IMG/VR virus record: IMGVR_UViG_3300020319_000008
Span: 1-34,189 of that record
Length of the DNA stretch: 34,189 bases
Strand: one strand, 5' to 3'
Source: a virus
Taxonomy: Duplodnaviria > Caudoviricetes
Position numbers and translations under genes: made by a program. Shown in pieces: positions 1 to 7,831 of the stretch (positions within the stretch are counted from its first letter, which is position 1; each line of letters opens with the position of its first letter). The notes beneath the pieces are model-generated. The model saw only the letters and a program-made list of their open reading frames with translations. It made no database searches and was not told the origin of the DNA.

Positions 1-30
1 TGAAATCCTTTTTCTGTAAAAAATGAATAC

Positions 31-414
31 TTAAGGGACGACAACAGATCCGTTATAGCTTACTTCAGAGTAACCATCTAGTCCTAAAAGAACAACATAA
101 TTTTTTGCGGCATTAGTAACTGTCACACCAACAGCTCCTTTACCTTTACCAGCTTTGGCAATATCAAAGAATTTTTTATATCCAGTTGGAGCATCTCCTG
201 TAGCAAATGCATCTTCCTGAAATATTTGTATTGTATTGACACCTTCAGATCTATCAAGAGTTATCTTAATATCTCCTGTGCTCGCAGGATTTACTCTAAA
301 TCCTCTTACTGCATCTCCTTTATTTCCTGCTGCTGTAGGACCAAGATATGTAACCTCAGACCCAGCATCAACACTAAATGTGTCTAGAGTCGCCTCAATT
401 GTTCGTGTAGCCAT
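31..414 (-). CDS. Hypothetical protein, 127 aa, predicted beta-rich
   Basis: ATG-initiated ORF co-oriented with its neighbour 5 nt away; alternating hydrophobic pattern (IKITLD, VGVTVT, YVVLLG). Confidence 0.7.
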   Translation of the reverse strand: MATRTIEATLDTFSVDAGSEVTYLGPTAAGNKGDAVRGFRVNPASTGDIKITLDRSEGVNTIQIFQEDAFATGDAPTGYKKFFDIAKAGKGKGAVGVTVTNAAKNYVVLLGLDGYSEVSYNGSVVVP

Positions 415-419
415 GTTTC

Positions 420-632
420 TTAAGAAATTTGCCCTTCAGTTGAGAGCTGGAATTGAATGTTGGCATCAATGCCGTGATCCTTCATAATGTTGTAAAACAT
501 TTGACGATCTAGTGCTTTTTGATGTAAAAGCTCGATGAATGCTTCTTCTAATTCTACGCGGTCTAAAGTTTGAATTGCTAAAGACGCAGCATGAATAGAA
601 AACTCTACATCTACCGGAAGGTTAACATCCAT
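420..632 (-). CDS. nblA: NblA-like phycobilisome degradation adaptor, 70 aa
   Basis: LPVDVEFSIHAASLAIQTLDRVELEEAFIELLHQKALDRQMFYNIMK aligns without gaps to the recalled NblA pattern LSLEQQFSIR..ATQVQNMS.DQA.DFL..LY.QM......YQ.LLK; correct size and two-helix pattern. Aligned by eye. Confidence 0.6.
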   Translation of the reverse strand: MDVNLPVDVEFSIHAASLAIQTLDRVELEEAFIELLHQKALDRQMFYNIMKDHGIDANIQFQLSTEGQIS

Positions 633-682
633 ATAAATAAAAGCCTTTATACATATATTACCAACAGTAAATTAATGAGCAA

Positions 683-781
683 TTAATCTAACTCGTCAGA
701 ACTTATTTTTCCTAATAGAAGTGTTCCCACACCATATGTTCCTCCAAATAGAACTATAAAACTAATAGCGATTACTTCCAT
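683..781 (-). CDS. Small single-TM protein, 32 aa (MEVIAISFIVLFGGTYGVGTLLLGKISSDELD); not in the ORF track
   Basis: Read manually from ATG at 781 to TAA at 683; fills the intergenic gap; hydrophobic N-terminus with acidic tail; TAGACT -10-like hexamer just upstream. Confidence 0.6.
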   Translation of the reverse strand: MEVIAISFIVLFGGTYGVGTLLLGKISSDELD

Positions 782-823
782 AATAAAATTTTAAGTCTAA
801 AATCATTTTAGGACTACTTAAAT

Positions 824-1624
824 TTGACCTTGGATAGTGACCATATTATAAAAAACTTCATGGAGTGTGCTCTAAGTGGGGTAAGTAAAAAACAAGTAAT
901 ACGTGAATTTAAAAATAGATATAATTTAAATGATAAAGATATTAAATATTTATTAGACTCCTGTTCTTTCAAAACTAAACCGAAAAATATTAATTATTTT
1001 AATTTTTATAGAAATAAGTTGACTACTAAATGTAAAAGAATAGAATATCCATTTACACAAATATATAAATATGATGATTTTCTAACAGATAACGAATGCA
1101 CTAAAATGATTGACTTTATAGATTCTCGATTGACAGCCTCTACAGTTGCAGATGCCGATGATTCTAGACTTATAAATGATTACAGAACGAGTCAATCAGC
1201 AAGTTTAGGATATTTTGAAGATGAATTTTTTTTAAATATTGATAAAAAATTAGTAAATTTATTAGAAATCGACCCTTTCCTTGGTGAAAATATGCAAGGT
1301 CAAAAATATTTTCCAGGTCAATACTATAAAGAACACCATGATTTCTTTACCCCTTTCACACCAGAATATAAAACTTATTGTGAATGGATGGGTCAAAGAA
1401 CATGGACAACAATGATTTATTTAAATGATGTGAATGAAGAAGGAGAAACTTATTTTAAACACTTGAAATTAAAAATAAAACCGAAAAAAGGATTACTAAT
1501 AGCTTGGAATAACTTATTTTTTAATGGTATACCAAACTATAAAACTCTTCATGAAGCTTTACCCCCAGTTAGCGAACAAAAATATATAATTACTAAATGG
1601 TGGAGAAGTTGGAGTCTTATCTGA
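824..1624 (+). CDS. Prolyl 4-hydroxylase-like 2OG-Fe(II) oxygenase (start may be ATG at 860)
   Basis: FLTDNEC, RTS, QGQKY, HxD (KEHHDFF), QRTWTTMIYLNDV.EEGETYF, distal His (TLHEALP) and KYIITKW: canonical P4H motifs. Confidence 0.9.
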   Translation: MTLDSDHIIKNFMECALSGVSKKQVIREFKNRYNLNDKDIKYLLDSCSFKTKPKNINYFNFYRNKLTTKCKRIEYPFTQIYKYDDFLTDNECTKMIDFIDSRLTASTVADADDSRLINDYRTSQSASLGYFEDEFFLNIDKKLVNLLEIDPFLGENMQGQKYFPGQYYKEHHDFFTPFTPEYKTYCEWMGQRTWTTMIYLNDVNEEGETYFKHLKLKIKPKKGLLIAWNNLFFNGIPNYKTLHEALPPVSEQKYIITKWWRSWSLI

Positions 1625-1912
1625 TTACCACTTAACTTTATGCGACCAATATCTAGCTGACATTTTATCAGGATTCTTATCTTGAGCATTATGTCTTGCG
1701 TAATATGATTTTTTTCTAGCTTTTTCTTTAGCAGTCTTTGGGTTTTTACCAGCCCCTTTTACCCCTTGTTGTCCAAATCTTATTAATTTTTCCTTACCAT
1801 CTTCACATGCTTTTACAACATGAGACTTCTTTTTATGGTTAGGAGTCTTTTTAGGCTTATTACATTTCAAATGCTCTTTTGAAAGTTTTTTAGCTTTTGC
1901 CCTCTTCGACAT
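1625..1912 (-). CDS. Small highly basic phage protein (KLIRFGQQG...YARH...SARYWS type), possible nucleic-acid binding
   Basis: Very Lys-rich 95 aa; motif recalled from marine phage hypothetical proteins; overlaps dps by 23 nt. Confidence 0.7.
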   Translation of the reverse strand: MSKRAKAKKLSKEHLKCNKPKKTPNHKKKSHVVKACEDGKEKLIRFGQQGVKGAGKNPKTAKEKARKKSYYARHNAQDKNPDKMSARYWSHKVKW

Positions 1913-2399
1913 CAGTTCTTTCTTTATTAGGAGTCATATATGTCATTGTAGCTCTAAGATGCCATTGATTTTTTTTGTGAACTCTTCCACGCTCTACTGC
2001 TAAATCCTGTGTAAGATCATCACCTATCATCCCAGCATATTTAGCTAACTCCTCAAAACAGCCAGCAAGCATGTCATGAGAAATACTTAAATCTAAGATG
2101 ATTTTATCTTGATCAAAAGGGTCAGATATATCTATATCTTTTATCCTTGATGACAATAAATCACTTACACTAGCTGGAGTCAGTACGTTTATAGACCTTA
2201 TATGTTCGGCAACATCATCAATACCCTCTACCATTTCGGTTTGAATATCTCCTGTAAGGAGATGTATTTGGTAAAATTTTGATCCTAACAGCCCCCAGTG
2301 GACTATTTGAGTCTGATTTTGAACCATCACAGAATCTCTCAAGCATTGAACAAGATGTTCATTTACAAGTTGAGCATCCTTTGGATTTACATTAGACAT
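1890..2399 (-). CDS. dps: Dps-family mini-ferritin
   Basis: H34-W35, H46, D61, E65 have the 12/15/4 spacing of the Dps ferroxidase centre; GDDLTQDL and KKNQWHLRA C-terminal pattern; 169 aa. Confidence 0.88.
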   Translation of the reverse strand: MSNVNPKDAQLVNEHLVQCLRDSVMVQNQTQIVHWGLLGSKFYQIHLLTGDIQTEMVEGIDDVAEHIRSINVLTPASVSDLLSSRIKDIDISDPFDQDKIILDLSISHDMLAGCFEELAKYAGMIGDDLTQDLAVERGRVHKKNQWHLRATMTYMTPNKERTDVEEGKS

Positions 2400-2615
2400 T
2401 TAAGCAATCTTTAACTCTCCTGATTGTATCTTAGACCGCAAATCTTGACCCGGTTTTCCATAAAGAGATTCATCTCCAGGTTTTTTAGCCCTTCCATCAA
2501 CTAAAGAATCATTTTTTTCTTTCTGTTCCTCATGTAATTCTTGAGCATATTGCTTTGCAAAAGCCTTTGCCTCTTCTTCTTTACTAGGAAGCGACCCATC
2601 CGATGTCGAAATCAT
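2400..2615 (-). CDS. Hypothetical protein, 71 aa
   Basis: Tightly packed between HNH and dps (abuts the dps start); charged and helical. Confidence 0.6.
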   Translation of the reverse strand: MISTSDGSLPSKEEEAKAFAKQYAQELHEEQKEKNDSLVDGRAKKPGDESLYGKPGQDLRSKIQSGELKIA

Positions 2616-2991
2616 TTGTAATATAAGGTGTTGCGTTATCCGAAGATAAAATTTTGATAGAACTTGATTGTTCCATCCAGTACTTTATTTTACCAAGTCT
2701 CTCCTCTTGATAAAATTTATAAGTTGGAGTATACCAATCTTCTAAATGGTTTGATCCTTTTAATCTATTGCATTTAGAACAAGAACAAATCATATTTGAT
2801 TTAACATTATGACCTCCTTTAAATTTTGGAAGTATATGATCAATCGTGGCAGTATCTTTATTTAATTCCTTATCACAGTAAGCACATTTCCAATCCCAAG
2901 CTTCAAAAATACATTGTCGAAATTTATGGCGAGCGTTTTTTGGAGAAAGTTCAATTAGATTTGCTAGTAAATCTTGCTCGCAGTGAATCAC
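2584..2991 (-). CDS. HNH endonuclease (McrA-like, Zn-binding)
   Basis: CAYC...DHILPKFKGGHN..SN..CSCSKCN.LK motif. Confidence 0.9.
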   Translation of the reverse strand: MIHCEQDLLANLIELSPKNARHKFRQCIFEAWDWKCAYCDKELNKDTATIDHILPKFKGGHNVKSNMICSCSKCNRLKGSNHLEDWYTPTYKFYQEERLGKIKYWMEQSSSIKILSSDNATPYITNDFDIGWVAS

Positions 2992-3049
2992 ATGTATCTT
3001 GCAACCTTGTAGAAACTTTATGCTGCATAAACTTACACAAATGTATTAA

Positions 3050-3286
3050 TTACTCCATTAATGAAACTAACTCCCCATCATCTTCTATTTCATAGTCTGC
3101 ATCTTCGAGGAGTCTTAATAAATAATAATGAATTTTGTCTGTAACCCATTTAAGATCTTCATCTTTGACATCGTTAAAAATTGCATTCAAAGACAAATCT
3201 TTTGAGGGGGTGCGTATATGATCTGCTAGTAATTGTAAGGCTTTATATCTATCTTTTGTCATTTCCCTTAGCATTTTAATCACCAC
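3050..3286 (-). CDS. Hypothetical protein
   Basis: Co-oriented ORF coupled to the upstream gene; exact start uncertain (MLREM...). Confidence 0.6.
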   Translation of the reverse strand: MVIKMLREMTKDRYKALQLLADHIRTPSKDLSLNAIFNDVKDEDLKWVTDKIHYYLLRLLEDADYEIEDDGELVSLME

Positions 3287-3503
3287 TTGCCTCTAGTAAT
3301 GGTGCTGAAGAATCATCAGAAGCTTGTGCTTCTTTAATTTGTATTTCTATCATTTCTTTAGCTCCTAAAACTTTTAAATAAGAATTCTTAGCAGTTATTA
3401 GTTGAGAATCTAATAGCTGAATTTGTTTTGATAATGTTTCAGCCTGTTCATCTATTTGCTTATTAAAATTTTCAAGGTTTTCTAAAGATAATCCGCAAGA
3501 CAT
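3276..3503 (-). CDS. Small coiled-coil hypothetical protein
   Basis: Heptad-like Leu/Ile periodicity; TATACT -10-like element upstream. Confidence 0.65.
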   Translation of the reverse strand: MSCGLSLENLENFNKQIDEQAETLSKQIQLLDSQLITAKNSYLKVLGAKEMIEIQIKEAQASDDSSAPLLEASGD

Positions 3504-3546
3504 TTTAAATATGTAACTAATTTGAGTATAACCCTACAATAACCTA

Positions 3547-4098
3547 TTAACAATCATTAAAGTCTCTAGCTATCTGACCACCTATTTCTGATCCTTTATC
3601 TTGTGAAAACATAGTTACAAATCCTGCAGCTAACCAACCAACAATTGGTATCCCACTAAAAGCAGGTGCGGCTTTTACTCCTACAGAGGCTCCTACAATC
3701 TTTCCTGTAGAGTTTCCACTACCTTCCACCTTGAGGCAAGCTAGATCTTTTTCAGTCATCACAGTGCCCTCTACATCGTTATTACTAGATTCTCCTTTCA
3801 TAGTATAAGTTTCTTCTAGATTTAGTATTCTCTTTTTCTCTCCTAATAAACCTTTTGGTTCTTCTAAATTTTTATATCTTTTTAATACTTTAGGATCATT
3901 AGCTCTATAACTTAATCTGTATCCATTTTTTCCTGCCGTTAAATCATAAGAGGTGTAGGGACCTACTGGTATATTTACATTTGGATAGGGTGTTTTAAAT
4001 CTGTGAGAAACTAAAGAATTCATTAAAGAAATATTAGATATTCCTAAAATGGATACTAAAACTATGATCCCCCAATTTCTGTTCGGTCTACTATACAT
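3547..4098 (-). CDS. Membrane protein with N-terminal TM and C-terminal glycine zipper (cyanophage-type)
   Basis: WGIIVLVSILGI TM; GKIVGASVG..AAP.FSGIPIVGWLAAGF...GSEIGG Gly-zipper flanked by two Cys. Confidence 0.75.
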   Translation of the reverse strand: MYSRPNRNWGIIVLVSILGISNISLMNSLVSHRFKTPYPNVNIPVGPYTSYDLTAGKNGYRLSYRANDPKVLKRYKNLEEPKGLLGEKKRILNLEETYTMKGESSNNDVEGTVMTEKDLACLKVEGSGNSTGKIVGASVGVKAAPAFSGIPIVGWLAAGFVTMFSQDKGSEIGGQIARDFNDC

Positions 4099-4099
4099 C

Positions 4100-4540
4100 T
4101 CATTTAGGTTTAGTTTCTGTAACTATTTTAATAGGAGCTTGCTCAATACGCAAGATTTGAGTAGGAGCAGTTTGAGATGCTTTTTCTATTAACTTTTCAA
4201 TGTCAGCTTTACTTAAACTTGAAACACCATTTGTAGCATTATTCTTATCCATCTTCATAGTTCCATCTCCTCTTTTTTTAGCTGTAGCAACGCCCCAAGT
4301 ACTAAGGGTTCCAGTAAAAACGCTTGCGATAAAAGTTGGATCTATCTTATTTTGTTCCCAACCTGGGATAGTTATATAGTTAAGAGTAAGGATAAAACCA
4401 CTCCAAACTAAAACTCCTAATCGAACAAAACCACCTACAATAGCAAGTTGCTCTTCTTTATCATCCAAGTTTTCTTTGATTTTTGTAAAAACATTTTTCT
4501 TCTCTTGTGTTTTAGAAGACTCTTTTAAATTTTCAGTCAT
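4100..4540 (-). CDS. Two-TM membrane protein (cyanophage-type, holin-like topology)
   Basis: TM1 IVGGFVRLGVLVWSGFILTLNY; TM2 IDPTFIASVFTGTLSTWGV; charged termini. Confidence 0.75.
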   Translation of the reverse strand: MTENLKESSKTQEKKNVFTKIKENLDDKEEQLAIVGGFVRLGVLVWSGFILTLNYITIPGWEQNKIDPTFIASVFTGTLSTWGVATAKKRGDGTMKMDKNNATNGVSSLSKADIEKLIEKASQTAPTQILRIEQAPIKIVTETKPK

Positions 4541-4560
4541 TTTAAAATCTCAATACATAC

Positions 4561-4584
4561 TAAGTTTACCCTCATGTAAACTTA
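4561..4584. promoter_or_regulatory. Divergent promoter pair forming a 9-bp inverted repeat (TAAGTTTAC-N6-GTAAACTTA)
   Basis: Each arm presents a TAAACT -10-like hexamer toward one of the divergent genes (start 4540 minus, start 4612 plus). Confidence 0.55.
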
Positions 4585-4611
4585 TGTATATTATTTAATT
4601 AATACTGAAAA

Positions 4612-5109
4612 ATGAGAAAACTTCTCCCTTTGCTCATATTGATATTTGCCCCAGCAGCTAGAGCAGATATCACTCATAAATTATCTAGCAGTATACAGCT
4701 ACAAGTAAATGCTGCTGCAACTCAAGTATCCCGAATTGGAAATAGCTATAGTGTTTCTGGAAACAATGTGACTACTCAGTATACACCTGAAGGTGGTTCA
4801 GCTACTAACTCAATTGGTTCATTGACAATAGCTTCAGGAGTTGGTTCAATACCTACACTTTCAGCAGTGCAGGCCACAGCAGGTGAATCTTGGAGTTTCA
4901 CGCAATCATTTACACAAGCAGATGCTATATCCACAAGTGCTCCAAGTACAGGTGCCGTGGTTGCTTATTCCGATCAAACTTCAACTGCAGCAGGGGTTGC
5001 AGGAACATTAGCAGGTACAATTGATTCATCTTCAACCATTGCTCTAACAGCCGGAGGAGCAGGTACAGTTGCGACAGGTCAATTTGTAAGCGAAATTTCA
5101 ATAAAATGA
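4612..5109 (+). CDS. Secreted Ser/Thr/Gly/Ala-rich beta protein (cyanophage-type)
   Basis: Sec signal MRKLLPLLILIFAPAARA/D; mature region almost uncharged. Confidence 0.8.
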   Translation: MRKLLPLLILIFAPAARADITHKLSSSIQLQVNAAATQVSRIGNSYSVSGNNVTTQYTPEGGSATNSIGSLTIASGVGSIPTLSAVQATAGESWSFTQSFTQADAISTSAPSTGAVVAYSDQTSTAAGVAGTLAGTIDSSSTIALTAGGAGTVATGQFVSEISIK

Positions 5110-5160
5110 GACTAAAGGATCATGCCTTTGCAATAAAAGAAAAAGAAGATGATGAGACAG

Positions 5161-5592
5161 ATGAGAAAAATAATACCTGTAATCTTTCTAAGTCTGATGA
5201 GCACGACTGCGAAGGCAGTACCAGTAGTTCCAAACTTTAATACAGGTGTACTCCAGTCTCATACTGAGACCACTTCAAAAGTGACTGAGACAATAAATGT
5301 AATTGATTATCAAACAGGCTGGCAATATACCGTAACTGGCAATAATATAAAGACAGATAGTAGTAGTTTGGTTCCTCCAGCCAAAAGTGTTACTCAAACG
5401 CTAAATGGAGTTAATTCAACGTGGACAAATTTAGATTCCTCAAATATGCCAAACTTCTCGATCATAGACGAGACAAAGCCTTGGCAGATGACAACTACAC
5501 TGAGCCAGCCAGGGTTGAAGTCACAGACAATAATCCAGAGAACTACCGACATAAAATCTGTAACAGATACAACTTCAACCTTCAGTCAGTAA
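5161..5592 (+). CDS. Secreted Thr-rich protein (VPVVPNF family, cyanophage-type)
   Basis: Signal peptide MRKIIPVIFLSLMSTTAKA/V best fits ATG at 5161 rather than 5149. Confidence 0.8.
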   Translation: MRKIIPVIFLSLMSTTAKAVPVVPNFNTGVLQSHTETTSKVTETINVIDYQTGWQYTVTGNNIKTDSSSLVPPAKSVTQTLNGVNSTWTNLDSSNMPNFSIIDETKPWQMTTTLSQPGLKSQTIIQRTTDIKSVTDTTSTFSQ

Positions 5593-6233
5593 AATATTTA
5601 TTTTTAGCTTTAAATATATTTAGTGCTCCCCTTTATGCAAATGAAGTGGGAGGGGTTTCAGCCACAGCAAATCCGATTGCGAATTCTTCCGGGAGCGTAT
5701 CAAATTTGGCAGTGCAAAATTTATCGGGACCGTACCTAACTAATACTTATGGAGGTGGGGTTTCCTGTCAAGGATCTACTCTTTCAATTACTCCATTTGC
5801 TACATTGCAGGATTCATGGAAAGAGCCTTACGAATCTGAATGGCTCGATAACGTGTACGACAATTCAGATGTCGATAATGATGGCATATTAGACAATCCT
5901 GGGGCTGTTCTTTATCAAAAACCTGTAAGAACAGGTCAAAAAACAAATCACAATATTGGATGGGGCATCAGTATGAATATAACTATACCTCTTGATAAAA
6001 GGCACAATGAAAATTGTCTACGTGCTTCCAGCAGTCAAAATCAAATTAATAAACAAATATTAGCTAATAAGAGATTAGATTTTGAGATGGCAAGATTGAA
6101 GCACTGTGCCGAGCAAAAACGGTTGGGAGTGACGTTTGCAAAAACTAGCCCATCAGCTCAGATCTGTGCGGATATTATAGTTGCAAATCCTCACGGTGTT
6201 GTTCCTAATCATCGTCATTCGATTCCGAAATAA
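5589..6233 (+). CDS. Secreted Cys-containing protein (GGVSATANP family); start uncertain
   Basis: Signal-like KYLFLALNIFSAPLYA/N begins right at the upstream stop; only GTA is at 5589; the ORF is open back to GTG at 5421; four Cys in the mature part. Confidence 0.7.
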   Translation, partial: VKYLFLALNIFSAPLYANEVGGVSATANPIANSSGSVSNLAVQNLSGPYLTNTYGGGVSCQGSTLSITPFATLQDSWKEPYESEWLDNVYDNSDVDNDGILDNPGAVLYQKPVRTGQKTNHNIGWGISMNITIPLDKRHNENCLRASSSQNQINKQILANKRLDFEMARLKHCAEQKRLGVTFAKTSPSAQICADIIVANPHGVVPNHRHSIPK

Positions 6234-6966
6234 GTTTCTTTTTTCTTTTTAATCCTTTAAATTTTTCTCTATCTTTTTTTCCAAATAAACCTTTAATTTT
6301 TTTTATTAATTGCTTTATTAATGGCTTTATTAATTTTAATAAGATAGGTGTTGCAGCTGCTGAAGCCGTTGCTACGACAGCAATTACAGCTGTGGTACTT
6401 ACTTGTGATGTATTTGGAAGTAGTTTTTCAAGACTAGAACTTGGTTCATACAAAATTACACAAATATTTCCTTGTAATTCATGACCTACAACTATCTCAT
6501 CTCCACTACGTGTCAAATCTCCAACTCTTGGTTGATTTGGAGCTGGGCATTCTTTCTGATTATCTTTTGGTATGTTATCTAATTTTGGATCAGGAGTTCC
6601 CAATTCACTTTCATTATTTTTTTCTTCTTCTTTTTGTTCTTGTTTTTTTCTTGGGGCAGTTCGTACATTAGGGACTACAGCATCTTCAACATAGATTAAT
6701 TCTTCTGGTTGATAATCTATTGCTTCATAAGTAGGAGATCCAGCATCACATAAAACTACATTTCCTCTCTCATCCTCATCTACTAAATTTTTTGATTTTT
6801 TGTTTAAATCATTAAATTTAACACACCCCGGCAAATCTATTATTGGATTACCAATCTGTAAAGTTACTGGAGGACTCTGCGGTAATGATTGTACAGTAGA
6901 AAAATAATAATTATCAAGTTTAGGAATAACTACAGTATTTATTAAAATTTCTGGAATATCAGACAA
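6205..6966 (-). CDS. C-terminally anchored membrane protein with two Cys pairs (cyanophage-type)
   Basis: PPVT.QIG.PIIDLPGC...VLCDAG, ECP...IC, TM TTAVIAVVATASAAATPILL, then a Lys-rich amphipathic tail. Confidence 0.8.
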   Translation of the reverse strand: MSDIPEILINTVVIPKLDNYYFSTVQSLPQSPPVTLQIGNPIIDLPGCVKFNDLNKKSKNLVDEDERGNVVLCDAGSPTYEAIDYQPEELIYVEDAVVPNVRTAPRKKQEQKEEEKNNESELGTPDPKLDNIPKDNQKECPAPNQPRVGDLTRSGDEIVVGHELQGNICVILYEPSSSLEKLLPNTSQVSTTAVIAVVATASAAATPILLKLIKPLIKQLIKKIKGLFGKKDREKFKGLKRKKKLISESNDDD

Positions 6967-6968
6967 TT

Positions 6969-7196
6969 TTAAAACATTGAAGAAGGAAGCTTAGGAACCA
7001 CTGGACCAGTAACATCAGGTATAGGAAGAGAGTCTCCTAAAGCACCTCCTAGATTACCTGTAATTGATTCCATAGCCTTTTCTTTTATGTTATTTATTAT
7101 TGAATCTTTATTAATATAAATAAATAATCCACTCCCTATAACTGTTAAAGAAACTATTCCTGAAGCAACAGCTATTGCATTGATAATTTTCTGCAT
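6969..7196 (-). CDS. Small N-terminal TM protein (MQKIIN family)
   Basis: TM AIAVASGIVSLTVIGSGLFIYI; Pro-rich tail; TAAAAT upstream. Confidence 0.75.
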   Translation of the reverse strand: MQKIINAIAVASGIVSLTVIGSGLFIYINKDSIINNIKEKAMESITGNLGGALGDSLPIPDVTGPVVPKLPSSMF

Positions 7197-7254
7197 TTTT
7201 TTAAGTATTTATTTAAATTTTACTAAATTGACTGTAATATAGCAAGTTATAAAT

Positions 7255-7785
7255 TTAAGAACTAGTTACTGTCTCCCATGATGATCCATTGTACACCTGT
7301 AATTTGTTAACACTTGTGTTATAAATAAATGCACCAGAAGCTAAACCTGATAAATTACCTCTCTCCGATGTGGTTACTTTTGGAATAACCATAAATCTAG
7401 TGGTTGCAGCTCCAACACTTGCAAAATTTGGTGTTATTTTTGATCCAGCTATGGCAGCAGTATCACTTACTTTTACATTAGTTATAACTAAATCACCTAC
7501 TGTACCAGTCTGTAATGATTCTCCTAAAATTAATCCAAAGAAAGATAACCCAGAAGCAGGTGCCGTAGTAAAATTTATACTGCTTGCTGTGATTGTATAA
7601 TCTGTGCCTGGATTTTGCATCACACCTCCAAGAGAAACTAAGACGTTATTAACACTATCTGGACTTACATTTACAGAAGAAACTTGTAAAGTAAAACTTG
7701 TAGTACTACCATTAAAACTACTTGAAATATCATCTACTTCTCTATTGTTATTTGGAACAACAGGTTCTAATCCAACGTATGCCAT
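7255..7785 (-). CDS. Short tail-fibre/baseplate-type structural protein
   Basis: N-terminal MAYVG..P...DDISSSFNGSTTSF..LVSLGGVMQNP..DY domain, paralogous to 9208-10926; C-terminal GAFIYNTSVNKLQVYNGSSW fibre motif. Confidence 0.7.
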   Translation of the reverse strand: MAYVGLEPVVPNNNREVDDISSSFNGSTTSFTLQVSSVNVSPDSVNNVLVSLGGVMQNPGTDYTITASSINFTTAPASGLSFFGLILGESLQTGTVGDLVITNVKVSDTAAIAGSKITPNFASVGAATTRFMVIPKVTTSERGNLSGLASGAFIYNTSVNKLQVYNGSSWETVTSS

Positions 7786-7831
7786 CTAAATAAATAATTT
7801 TAATATCTCTAGTTTAAAATGGCTAATTTTA

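Noticed and set aside
633-823. NtcA box (GTA-N8-TAC) upstream of the NblA-like gene
   Set aside because: No match seen by eye on either strand.
2584-2991. HNH as a mobile homing endonuclease or intron
   Set aside because: Short, standalone McrA-type domain that does not interrupt a gene and lacks extra DNA-binding modules; a packaging role remains possible but unsupported.
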